Shown one piece after another: positions 9,301 through 18,938 of a stretch of 64,000 nt of DNA; position 1 is the first letter of the stretch; the number at the start of each line of letters is the position of its first letter. The notes under the pieces are model-generated. The model saw nothing but the letters and a program-made list of their open reading frames with translations. It ran no database searches and was not told the origin of the DNA. The position numbers and the translations under genes were made by a program. This stretch comes from Candidatus Calescibacterium sp. (lineage in GTDB: Bacteria > Calescibacteriota > Calescibacteriia > Calescibacteriales > Calescibacteriaceae): positions 96,001 to 160,000 of the forward strand of contig JAVVGL010000001.1 of assembly GCA_032249135.1 (NCBI GenBank), in the 5' to 3' direction.

Positions 9301-10746
9301 CCGCTGAAACATCTAATGCTTTCAGATTTATTCCGAGTGCCCTTACTGTGTGTTCCCAATCTTGGTAAATCGTCCAATCTGTAAAAAGACCTTTCAATTG
9401 AATTCCGACCCTAAAAGTAATAATCGGTATTCTTATGTAAGCTCTACCATTTATGTAATTTGATATAACACGAGCTGGATCGTATCTATAACCTGTTGTG
9501 CCCCTATCATATTGTGGGTCGCATATATGGTTATCACTTACAGCAGCTCTGTTTTTGAAACAATAAGAAAGTTCATCCGGGAAAGTTGTAACCCCATCTT
9601 TGAACTGACACGAACCCGAAACCCAATTACAATCTACATATCTTGTTGGAGAATCTACAAAAGGAGAAGCAAATGTTAGTGCAACTTCAAAGTTTTGCAA
9701 TTCCATTCCTATCTCTAAGTAATCATCTGATGTATGCTCTGTCATATCTCCTTCACACTGCCAAGTTGCCGGATGATCTTCCCCTACATTCGATCTAAGG
9801 AAAACTCTAACTTTGTTTCTGTTCCAATCTACTATTAATCTGTTTCCTGTTATTCTATCTAAAAAGTAGTCATTAATCCAACCCTGAGATGTAGGACATT
9901 TATCTGGCTTATCTTTTGCGCATTTCCCAAACGGACTCCACACAAAACCTCCCGACATATATTTTATGGGATTCGAAGCAGAAGGACCAATATGTTTATT
10001 TCTTTCTTGACCATAAATTATGGCATTCACACATAATGGAGCACCTTCATCGTTAAGAAGCAGCAAAGGTAAGCACATAGAAAAAATTCCTTTCCCATCA
10101 TCTTTACACTGTCCTAAAACTTCATCCCAAGTTCCTGTTGGGTTATATCCGCCGATATACTCAAAGAAAATCCCATTTCCAAAACAGTGAGTTGTTCCTT
10201 CACCATAACTGAAACCAGGAGAAGATGGGAATATTCCACAAGCTTGCGTTGCTAATTGTTGGTAGTAAAGGTACTTTATAGGGTTGCTTGCATATTGTTT
10301 TGTAAGAAATTGCTGAAACTCATATAAATTATCCCATGTATCCGCAAGAACTTTTGAGCTCGGACATCTATCTAAAAAATTCATAGCGGCAAAGTTTATC
10401 AAGTTAGCAAAAGATGGATCGCTTTTGAGCCCATCTGAAATAAAGTTTCCTATTTCTTCAAGCCCCGATTTTGTTACTCTTATTACCAGGTTGTGCTTTT
10501 CAAGAGATGTGCGGGTTATAAAACCTGGGGGAGTCCTCCCCACTTTATTGGGTCTTTTGGACCTGCAGCGTATGGGTTTCCTGCATCTTGCGTTATCGCA
10601 TGGTGCATCTCTTGAATTCTTTTTGCACCTGCTGAACCCACTGAGACCAATAAAAGCAAAAGCGAAAGAGAAAACAAAGTTACACTGGAGAATAGACCCT
10701 TGAATAATACCATCCAAACTCCCCGTTTTTCCATCTTGATTGCCAT
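6342..10746 (-). pseudogene. Large secreted Cys-rich protein (~1468 aa if restored) with Ig-like C-terminal domains and MYXO-CTERM-like tail, split by two -1 frameshifts
   Basis: Three overlapping ORFs (10516..10746 with SD and signal peptide; 8897..10717; 6342..8975) step through successive -1 frames; 4405+2 nt = 1469 codons. C-terminus GCSSTAG + hydrophobic helix + KRK. Confidence 0.75.
7173..7349 (-). repeat. Three tandem CGNxxCxxxExxxxCPxDC repeats, followed by a poly-Gly linker
   Basis: CGNDICESDEDNNTCPTDC / CGNNTCDKGESTSSCPADC / CGNGTCDPGESSASCPADC then GGGGGGGGG in the 6342..8975 frame. Confidence 0.9.
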
Positions 10747-10895
10747 GGATTTACCCCCTTTTTATTTTTCTTATTATAATATAACCTTCTTATATTTTAT
10801 ACAAAAAATATAATCATTTTGAAGTAAAAAGTCAAGATTTTGAACAATTTTTGGAACCCTCATCAGACAAGGGAAAGGGAGGGGAGGTCTGAACT

Positions 10896-11615
10896 TCATT
10901 TAAGCTGATGAAGTTCTGCAAATATTTTTTCAAATTCTTCATCGTTGAATTTCCCATCCACTATACACACTACATCATCTCGCTTTACATCTTTCCCAAT
11001 TTCAACTCCTCCCACTACCGGAATAGCCAAAATCCCCAATTTTCTCAAAATTTCAGCTCTTTTTTTGGCTCTTTCAACATCATCCTGAGATATTGTGAAT
11101 GAGACCTCAACAACTAAAACTACAAACTCTCCCTCTCTTTCTCCACTCCAAAGTAAATCAGCTGATAAAACTTCATCTCTTTCTTCTTTTGATATCTGAC
11201 CTTTCTTACAAGCCTCCCACAAAATCTCGGCTGCTTTTTCTTCAAAAGGTCTCCCCTTCAAAATCACTCTACCAAAAATAGCATGAGCTCTATCTCTATA
11301 CCCCCTCTCTCTATCTGAACCTTTCAAATAAGCTACATCTTTTTCCAATCTATCCACCTTTTTTTCTAATCTATCAACTCTATTTTCTATCCTATCAACT
11401 CTATCTATTAATTTGTTAACATCATCTCTTAATTTGTTAACATCATCTCTTAACTTGCTAACATCTTCTTCTAATCTATCCACTTTCTTTTCTAGTCTAT
11501 CAAATTTTGGAGGAAAATTTAAAAGATCTTCTGATAAAAGTAGGGCTCTTGCCTCAGCAGAAAATTCTGGGTCTTCTCTTAAAGCCCTTAAAAATTTCTT
11601 TTTCCAATCCCTCAT
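10896..11615 (-). CDS. Heptad coiled-coil protein with C-terminal PD-(D/E)XK-like domain (copy 1)
   Basis: EDPEF N-terminal motif, heptads (VDRLEKK, VNKLRDD), ADLLWSG...VVEVS...DVERAKKRAEIL; near-identical ends to 43061..43927. Confidence 0.8.
   Translation of the reverse strand: MRDWKKKFLRALREDPEFSAEARALLLSEDLLNFPPKFDRLEKKVDRLEEDVSKLRDDVNKLRDDVNKLIDRVDRIENRVDRLEKKVDRLEKDVAYLKGSDRERGYRDRAHAIFGRVILKGRPFEEKAAEILWEACKKGQISKEERDEVLSADLLWSGEREGEFVVLVVEVSFTISQDDVERAKKRAEILRKLGILAIPVVGGVEIGKDVKRDDVVCIVDGKFNDEEFEKIFAELHQLK
11410..11472. repeat. 21-bp coding tandem repeat (2 exact + 1 degenerate)
   Basis: aatttgttaacatcatctctt x2 then aacttgctaacatcttcttct. Confidence 0.85.
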
Positions 11616-11684
11616 CAGATGAATTTTAATCCTAATTTTTAATGTAATTTTAATATGTAAAAATTTCAGTTTGCTTCTTTTTTT

Positions 11685-13127
11685 TTACTGCCAATCAATA
11701 AACTTTATCTTTATTTTTCCAACATATTCTAATACTTTTACCCACTCTGAAACACTTCCTGTTCCTATTCTTATTCGTAAGATATCAGAGGGAAAGAGTC
11801 CCCATGTTGGGTCAAATTCTATCCAGTTTTTGCCATCAAAAGCCTCAACCCATGCGTGATAAAAGAATGAACCAGAATCATAAACAAGTCCAAACACAAC
11901 CCGAGAAGGAATCCCGAGAGCCCTTAAAATTGCAACAGTAAGAATAGAGTGTTCATTGCAATCTCCTTTCATAGTTTTAAGAACTTGTAGAGCAGAAGGC
12001 ATACTCAAAACAGAAGTTTTTTTTACATTTTGAAAAACCCAATCCGATACACCCTGAATGATTGTTATACTATTTCCATCTTTCAATTTTTCCTTTTCAA
12101 AAATACGCTTACTTTTCTTTTTTCTTCTGACATCATCTTTTTCTCCTTCAATACTGTTTTTCAAGCTCTCAGCGAGCTTTTTTATTTCTTGACTTTCAGA
12201 TTCAATCAAAAGCTCTGGTTTAGTGTAAATTTCCAAATTATTGGTATCAGATAGCAGAGAGTTTGTAAGTTCAACTAAAAAACCATATTCTTTTTTTGAA
12301 ACTATCTGTCTTGGCGGAAACGATGGTAAATCGTCAATCCCCCACACAAATAATACTGCTCTCTTTATATTTCTTCTTTGAGATGATTCTGGATACTTGC
12401 CTTCCACCGCAACAGAAGTTGAGAAAATTATATCAACATCTTCTGGGGGAGAAGAAATTATGTCTTCTCTTGAAGACGCAACAGATGAAATTCCCATACT
12501 ACCCTCCTCCTTCAAAAAATTCCCATTTTTATCAAAGTAAACGAAAGAAGAGATACCTGCAAATGTTTTTTTGAAAACAAAATAATCTCTGGTTTTTTGA
12601 CTTAGCTCAAAAGAAAGTATATCAAGCCTCAGAACAGATGGGTCAAAATAAAGTAAAGAGAAATTTCTTATCTGATTTCCACTTTTTATTTTGTCTGATA
12701 TCAAGAAAATAAAAGATGAACCTGTGAAAACTTTTTCTGGGATGCTGAAACTTTTTTTTGATTGTCCAATCTGAACTGAAAGGTTTTTACCTTCAACTCT
12801 ACCTTTAACAGAAACCAGATTTCCTTCACTTTTAAGCTGGAATTCAAGATTCTTGAAAGAATAATCAGGATTTTTAGACCATAAAAGTTGCGCTTTCACT
12901 TCTCTTTTTTGCCCCATAGCTTTAAGTTTCATATTCATCACTTCCTCCACTGAATCCCCTTTCACTCTCACGACAGAGTAACCTATGTTTTTTCCTTTGA
13001 GCTGAATTTTCTGCCAGAGCTCAAAAGACGAAAAAGCTTCAAAGGGAAAAAAGGAAAGAAAAAGAAAAATCAAAAGAAGAGCTGAAAAATGTGAGGAAAA
13101 ATTATATTTTTTCTTCTTTATGAGCAT
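11685..13127 (-). CDS. Secreted transglutaminase-like domain protein
   Basis: GDCNEHS, RALGIPSRVVFG, HAWVE, FDPTWG (Cys-His-Asp triad). Signal peptide follows ATG 13127. Confidence 0.88.
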   Translation of the reverse strand: MLIKKKKYNFSSHFSALLLIFLFLSFFPFEAFSSFELWQKIQLKGKNIGYSVVRVKGDSVEEVMNMKLKAMGQKREVKAQLLWSKNPDYSFKNLEFQLKSEGNLVSVKGRVEGKNLSVQIGQSKKSFSIPEKVFTGSSFIFLISDKIKSGNQIRNFSLLYFDPSVLRLDILSFELSQKTRDYFVFKKTFAGISSFVYFDKNGNFLKEEGSMGISSVASSREDIISSPPEDVDIIFSTSVAVEGKYPESSQRRNIKRAVLFVWGIDDLPSFPPRQIVSKKEYGFLVELTNSLLSDTNNLEIYTKPELLIESESQEIKKLAESLKNSIEGEKDDVRRKKKSKRIFEKEKLKDGNSITIIQGVSDWVFQNVKKTSVLSMPSALQVLKTMKGDCNEHSILTVAILRALGIPSRVVFGLVYDSGSFFYHAWVEAFDGKNWIEFDPTWGLFPSDILRIRIGTGSVSEWVKVLEYVGKIKIKFIDWQ

Positions 13128-13723
13128 TTTGTGTATCCGCAACTCATACATATATAGCAACCTTCTTGAAATATAAGAGATGATGAATGGCATTCAGGGC
13201 AAATCTCAAATTTCTCAGTTCCGGATTTTTCAGAAATTTCAAAGTTATCTTTTTTTTGGCTTGGATTTGCACTAAATTCAGATTGCGGATTTTCAGTCAA
13301 TCTCTCGGTTAGGTTATCTTGCTTCTTCCCATCCACCAACTTGTATGGTTGACGTACTATATCAGGTGGATTTTTCAGAGAAAGAGCAAATCTTATAACT
13401 TTTGCAATACCATCTGGTATAGATGAAACTGAAAAGCTTCTCTCATCAATTTTATTCCAAGAAACTTGTTCTGTTTTTATGTTTTCCAAAGTTTCAGCTA
13501 TGTCTTCTGCTGGAACGCCTTTTTGAAGCGCAAGAGAAATAACTCTGCCCAAAGCTTCAGCACAGGCTCTGAGCTCAGAACCTGGTTTTGAAACTACAAC
13601 AAAAACCTCCTTCACCTTACCTTCAAGGAAATTCACCGTGACAAACATAGAACCATGAGGAGTTCTTATCTTTGTGGTAAGTCCCCTCATAGAAAATGGT
13701 CTTTCAAAATCTTTCGCACCCAT
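13118..13723 (-). CDS. TSCPD-domain protein (class II ribonucleotide reductase C-terminal, NrdJb-like) with Zn ribbon
   Basis: TPHGSMFVTVN, EALGRVISLALQKG, SSIPDGIA, CPECH...EGCYICMSCGYTKC. Confidence 0.82.
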   Translation of the reverse strand: MGAKDFERPFSMRGLTTKIRTPHGSMFVTVNFLEGKVKEVFVVVSKPGSELRACAEALGRVISLALQKGVPAEDIAETLENIKTEQVSWNKIDERSFSVSSIPDGIAKVIRFALSLKNPPDIVRQPYKLVDGKKQDNLTERLTENPQSEFSANPSQKKDNFEISEKSGTEKFEICPECHSSSLIFQEGCYICMSCGYTKCS

Positions 13724-13786
13724 ACAAAATTATTTTACTTTTTTTAATGAATTTTTGCCGATTTTTCCAGATTTATTCCCCCACTT

Positions 13787-14806
13787 TTACCTTTTTGAGA
13801 TTTTCAAAGAGGCTGTTCCCAAGATTGCGGCAACAAAATCTTCAAATCTTATACCTCTGAATGCAGCTAATTTTGGGAGCAGAGACCTTTCTGTCATTCC
13901 AGGGATTGTATTGAGTTCAAGGAAATAGGGTTCTTTGCTTTTTCTTCCTTCATCATTTTTTTTCATTTTAAAGTCCAGCCTTACGGCTCCTCTGACATCA
14001 AACTTTTCGCATATAATACGAGAAATTTTCAAAGCTTCTTCAATTGCTTCACGGTCAACAGAACGAGGAGGAATAATATAATCTGTATTTCCCTTATATT
14101 TTGCTTCAAATGAAAAGAACTCATCTTCCTTTGGTACTATTTCAAGAGCAGATATAGGCATTTTCTCAAAAACTCCCACGGTAAATTCTGGTCCATCTAA
14201 AAATTCCTCTATAAGAATGGATGAGGAGAACTTGAAAGCTTCCCGAATTGCTTCCCTTATTTTCTTTTCATTTTTTTCTTTTACTATGGAGATTCCGAGC
14301 GATGATCCGGAAAAATTAGGTTTCACAACAAACGGAACATCAATTTCATTTTCATTTATTATCTTAATGGCTTCATCTTCTGAGCGAGCCATAAAAAACC
14401 GAGGCTGAGGAACAAATTCCTTCAAAACAAGTCTTGTCATGAATTTATCCATAAAAAGAGCTGAAACTACGGGATCGGGAGAAGTGTAAGGGATTTTGAG
14501 AATTTCAAGTAATCCCTGGACTGTACCATCTTCCCCATATCTTCCGTGAAGGCATATAAAAGCTGCGTCAAAATTTTTGAGAGAATTTATATCTGATGGT
14601 GGGAATACTATTTTTTCAACTTTAAATCCACTCTTTACGAGTGCAGAGAAAACAGCCTCACCAGTCTTTAATGAGATTTCTCTTTCTTCTGATTCACCTC
14701 CCATTATAATACATACATTCTTGAAAGTTTTTGCTCTATTTTTATAATATTCTATTGCGGAGAGGAGTTCTTCGTCTTCGGCTTCGTTTTCAAAAATTTT
14801 TCCCAC
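13787..14806 (-). CDS. ddl: D-alanine--D-alanine ligase
   Basis: MGGESEEREISL, LHGRYGEDGTVQG, GSSLG, ELNTIPGMTERSLLP. Confidence 0.95.
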   Translation of the reverse strand: MGKIFENEAEDEELLSAIEYYKNRAKTFKNVCIIMGGESEEREISLKTGEAVFSALVKSGFKVEKIVFPPSDINSLKNFDAAFICLHGRYGEDGTVQGLLEILKIPYTSPDPVVSALFMDKFMTRLVLKEFVPQPRFFMARSEDEAIKIINENEIDVPFVVKPNFSGSSLGISIVKEKNEKKIREAIREAFKFSSSILIEEFLDGPEFTVGVFEKMPISALEIVPKEDEFFSFEAKYKGNTDYIIPPRSVDREAIEEALKISRIICEKFDVRGAVRLDFKMKKNDEGRKSKEPYFLELNTIPGMTERSLLPKLAAFRGIRFEDFVAAILGTASLKISKR

Positions 14807-14871
14807 TTTTTTTATCTTTTCTTTCTTCCCTTTTTCGTCTTTTTCTTTAAATTTTACGAATTTAAAGCAAC

Positions 14872-16428
14872 TTAAAGAGCTCTTGTTTCGCTCAAAGACA
14901 GATTTCTCTTTATGCGGGAAACTTTCTCTATTCTGTTTATCGCTGAAATAAAAGCTTTTGCAGATGCAACGACTATATCTGTACTTATACCTATACCATT
15001 TGCTGATACATTTCCGATTTTGAGGACAACAGAAACTTCACCCTGCGCATCTGTTCCTCCCGAAATAGATTTGACGGAATAATCAACGAGCTCCGGGAAT
15101 AAATCAAGACAGCTTTGAATAGCTTTATATACAGCATCAACTGGTCCATCACCTGCTGCAGAGGCTTTTCTTATCTTATCTCCATCTTTTATAACAACTG
15201 TTGCTGTTGGTGTGAGCTCAGTTCCACCTGCAAAATTAACAGATATGAGCTCATATCTATCTTCTTTTTGAGTTTTGAGTATTTCTTCAAAAACTATTGC
15301 TTCTATATCTTCGTCATATATTCTTTTTTTCTTATCTGCAAGTTCTTTGACTTTTTTGTAGACAGCCTTGATTTCCTCTGGTGAGAGTTCATAACCCATT
15401 TCTGCAAGTTTTTTTGCAAGGGCGTGCCTTCCCGAATGCTTACCTATAACTATCTGAGAACTTGGGAAACCAACATCTTCCGGTCTTATTATTTCATATG
15501 TGAGAGGGTTTTTCAGAACTCCATCTTGATGAATTCCAGCTTCGTGAGCGAAAGCGTTTTGACCAACTATTGCTTTGTTCGGAGGGACTTGAACACCTGT
15601 TATTTTAGAAAGCAACCGAGATGCGGGATAAATTTCTTTTGTGTTTATGGTTGTGTAAAATTTTGAGAAGAAATCTTTTCTTGTTTTTATAGCCATAACG
15701 ACTTCTTCAAGCGAAGTATTTCCTGCTCTTTCACCTATACCGTTGAGTGCAACCTCACACTGCCTTGCACCTCCTAAGATTCCGGCAAGAGTATTAGCAG
15801 TTGCAAGACCAAGGTCATTATGACAATGAACAGAAATTATTGGATTCCCGACCTCTGAAATCGCTTCTTTTATCTTTTTTATAAGTTCATAAAACTCAAA
15901 TGGCAAAATATATCCGACAGTATCCGGTACATTTATTACATCTGCACCGGCTTTGACAACCTCCTTGAAAACTTTTATGAGAAAATCTGGGTCAGACCTT
16001 GTCGCATCTTCTGCTGAAAATTCAACTTCATCTGCATACTTTTTTGCAAGCTTTACCGATTTTATAGCTTTTTCAAGAACTTCCTCCTCTGAAAGTCTCA
16101 ATTTATATTTCATATGAATTTCACTTGTTGCAATAAAGACATGAATTCTTTTTCTTTTTGCAGGAGCCAAAGCTTCTGCTGCTCTTTCTATGTCTTGTTC
16201 CTCACACCTTGCGAGAGCACATATTACAGGTTTTTCAAGTCTTCGGGATATCTCTCTTACAGCTTCAAAATCTCCATCAGATGTTATTGGAAATCCCGCT
16301 TCTATTATATCAACTCCCAGCTTTTCCAATGCCAGAGCCATCTTGATCTTCTCGTCCTGAGTCATGGAAAAGCCTGGAGCTTGCTCTCCGTCTCTTAAAG
16401 TTGTATCGAATATGTAAATCTTTTCCAT
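14872..16428 (-). CDS. leuA: 2-isopropylmalate synthase
   Basis: DTTLRDGEQAPG, HCHNDLG, GIGERAGN, HEAGIHQDG, regulatory GDGPVDA; start at ATG 16428. Confidence 0.97.
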   Translation of the reverse strand: MEKIYIFDTTLRDGEQAPGFSMTQDEKIKMALALEKLGVDIIEAGFPITSDGDFEAVREISRRLEKPVICALARCEEQDIERAAEALAPAKRKRIHVFIATSEIHMKYKLRLSEEEVLEKAIKSVKLAKKYADEVEFSAEDATRSDPDFLIKVFKEVVKAGADVINVPDTVGYILPFEFYELIKKIKEAISEVGNPIISVHCHNDLGLATANTLAGILGGARQCEVALNGIGERAGNTSLEEVVMAIKTRKDFFSKFYTTINTKEIYPASRLLSKITGVQVPPNKAIVGQNAFAHEAGIHQDGVLKNPLTYEIIRPEDVGFPSSQIVIGKHSGRHALAKKLAEMGYELSPEEIKAVYKKVKELADKKKRIYDEDIEAIVFEEILKTQKEDRYELISVNFAGGTELTPTATVVIKDGDKIRKASAAGDGPVDAVYKAIQSCLDLFPELVDYSVKSISGGTDAQGEVSVVLKIGNVSANGIGISTDIVVASAKAFISAINRIEKVSRIKRNLSLSETRAL

Positions 16429-17113
16429 ATATATTCTCAAAAATAATATTATAAAAAATGTATAAAGAAATCATAAAAACAACAATTGTGAAAAAAATTT
16501 TTTGTTTGAAAATAATTAACCAAAGGAATAATGGAGGAAGGAAAAGAAAATAGTAAATATAATTTCTCATCTTTAACTCCTTGAATGACCTGAATTTTAA
16601 TGTACTAACTTGCAATACCGATACAAGAATGACGCTCAAAATCATACATGGCTCTGCCCAAAATCTATCTTTATATTCCACAATAAGCTCAGAAATACAG
16701 ATGAGCAAAAATGCTCCCATAGGGGAGCTCAACCCCTCAAAAAACTCCTTCGGTTTTGTCTCAAAATTTACATTGAACCTTGCAAGCCTTATCGCAACAG
16801 ATAGAGTTGGAAGGAATGAAAAAACTTTTCCTAACTCCGAACTTTTGAAAAATGAATTTATAAGAATAGCAGAAGTTGCAAGTCCAAAAGTTACAAGATC
16901 GGCAAGGGAATCAAATTCAAGTCCGAATTTTGATGATATTCCCAAAGAGCGCGCTATTCTACCATCTGCCATATCAAAAATTAATCCAAGCACAACAAAG
17001 TAAAAAGAGAAATGAGTTTTCCCTTCAAAAGCAAACAGAACAGCAAGAAATCCACAAAAAAGATTCAAAGATGTCAAAAAATTAGATAAAAACCCCAATT
17101 TTTTCCTCACCAC
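16310..17113 (-). CDS. pssA: CDP-diacylglycerol--serine O-phosphatidyltransferase
   Basis: DMADGRIAR...FGLEFDSLADLVTFG, RLARFNV, FEGL. Confidence 0.88.
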   Translation of the reverse strand: MVRKKLGFLSNFLTSLNLFCGFLAVLFAFEGKTHFSFYFVVLGLIFDMADGRIARSLGISSKFGLEFDSLADLVTFGLATSAILINSFFKSSELGKVFSFLPTLSVAIRLARFNVNFETKPKEFFEGLSSPMGAFLLICISELIVEYKDRFWAEPCMILSVILVSVLQVSTLKFRSFKELKMRNYIYYFLFLPPLFLWLIIFKQKIFFTIVVFMISLYIFYNIIFENIYGKDLHIRYNFKRRRASSRLFHDSGREDQDGSGIGKAGS

Positions 17114-17229
17114 ATATTCAAATTAAGACAAATTTCAAAAATTAATAAAAATAGAGCAATTTTTCCAATTCCTAAATTTCTAATTTTAATTTCCTTCATA
17201 ACTTTCTTTCCGGCTTCATTTTGATACAC

Positions 17230-17640
17230 TACCTAACAGTCTATTGTTAAAATTTCAAAGACTTTGCAGTTTCAAGTAAATATATATGCACACATTTAAC
17301 TTTACCTTCCCCTATGCTCATACATTCTCCCTTTATACTATGAAATTGGAAACCTTATATGTGCTCCATCAACAAAAGCTACTACATCAGCTCCGACAAC
17401 TACTTGACATTTCCCTACCTTAACAATATTTGGGCAATTTGAAGTAAACTTGTTCCATCTTCTCCAAGATTTATCTCTTATTTAAGAATTACCTTTGAGG
17501 AAGTTTTTGACTTGATTATATCTTTTACAAGAGAAGTTCCGCTTGAAGATAAGTTTTGATGGTACCTCAATCATTATTTTATTTGAAAATAAAAAATGTT
17601 TATGTTTTTCTCCAAACTTTTAACAATAGACTGTCAAGTA
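17230..17640. mobile_element. 411-bp element bounded by 23-bp imperfect inverted repeats (MITE-like or invertible segment)
   Basis: 17236-17252 acagtctattgttaaaa is the exact reverse complement of 17618-17634; extends to 21/23 over 17230-17252 and 17618-17640. No intact ORF or clear target-site duplication. Confidence 0.5.
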
Positions 17641-17677
17641 TTAGAACCAAAAACTAAAAAATTTTGAAGTTAAAGCC

Positions 17678-18928
17678 ATGATAAATCCAGAGATAATAAG
17701 GAAAAATCCGGAGATACTTAAAGAAAACATAAGGAGAAGGGAAATAAATTTTGATGTTGAAAAACTTATAGAATTAGATAACAAAAGGAGAGAATTCCAG
17801 GTAAAAATAGATAAGCTTCGTTCAGAACTCAACAAAATCACAGATAAAATTGCAGAACTTGTAAGAAGTGGAGAAAGCGCAGAAGATTTGAAACAGCAAG
17901 CAAAACAAATAAGAGAAGAAATAAAATTTCTTGAAGAACAAAGAGAAGAAATAGAGAAAGAGTGGAAAAAAACAATTCTTCTTTACCCTAACATAGTCCA
18001 TCAAAGCATCCCAGATAAAGAACCAAAAGTAGTAAAAGTGAAAGGCGAACCTTACTCTGAAAAATATCATAAACCTCATTGGGAAATAGGAGAAAAACTT
18101 GGAATACTCAATTTTGAAAGAGGATCAAAACTTTCTGGGTCTGGATTTACAGTTTTGGAAGGAGATGGAGCTCTACTTGAACGTGCACTGATAAATTTCA
18201 TGATAGATACTCACACAAAGAGAGGATACAAAGAATATTTTGCACCATATATAGTAAAAGAAGAAATTATGGAAGGAACAGGACAACTCCCTAAATTCGC
18301 TCATGATATGTACCACATTGAAGAAGATAATCTATGGCTAATTCCGACAGCAGAAGTCACTTTGGTTAATCTTTTCAGAGACGAGATAATACCAGAAGAA
18401 AAACTCACTCTAAATTGTGTATCATATTCAGCATGTTTCAGAAGGGAAGCAGGTTCGTGGGGAAGAGAGACAAGGGGGCTGATAAGACAGCATCAATTCA
18501 ATAAAGTAGAACTTGTGAAAATTTCAAAACCAGAAGATTCATACGATGAACTTGAAAAACTCCTTCAAGATGCATGTCATATTCTTGATTTACTTGAACT
18601 ACCATATAGGGTTGTTTTACTCCCGGCAAACGATATTGGCTTCTCAGCAACAAAAACTTACGATATAGAAGTCTGGATGCCGGGATACGGTCAATACCTT
18701 GAAATATCATCTTGCTCAAATTGTGAAGATTTCCAAGCAAGAAGAGCTATGATAAGGTTGAGGAGAAAAAATGGTAAAACTGAATATGTTCATACTCTAA
18801 ATGGTTCAGGAGTTGCTATCGGTAGATGCCTTGCTGCAATTATAGAAAATTATTTTGTTGAATCTGGGAAAATAAAAGTTCCAGAGGTACTGCGTGATTA
18901 TGTGAAAAAAGATTTTATAGGAGAATAA
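17678..18928 (+). CDS. serS: Serine--tRNA ligase
   Basis: N-terminal coiled coil, LIPTAEV, FRREAG, GLIRQHQFNKVE, EISSCSNC, HTLNGSG. Confidence 0.98.
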   Translation: MINPEIIRKNPEILKENIRRREINFDVEKLIELDNKRREFQVKIDKLRSELNKITDKIAELVRSGESAEDLKQQAKQIREEIKFLEEQREEIEKEWKKTILLYPNIVHQSIPDKEPKVVKVKGEPYSEKYHKPHWEIGEKLGILNFERGSKLSGSGFTVLEGDGALLERALINFMIDTHTKRGYKEYFAPYIVKEEIMEGTGQLPKFAHDMYHIEEDNLWLIPTAEVTLVNLFRDEIIPEEKLTLNCVSYSACFRREAGSWGRETRGLIRQHQFNKVELVKISKPEDSYDELEKLLQDACHILDLLELPYRVVLLPANDIGFSATKTYDIEVWMPGYGQYLEISSCSNCEDFQARRAMIRLRRKNGKTEYVHTLNGSGVAIGRCLAAIIENYFVESGKIKVPEVLRDYVKKDFIGE

Positions 18929-18938
18929 ATAAAAAAAC

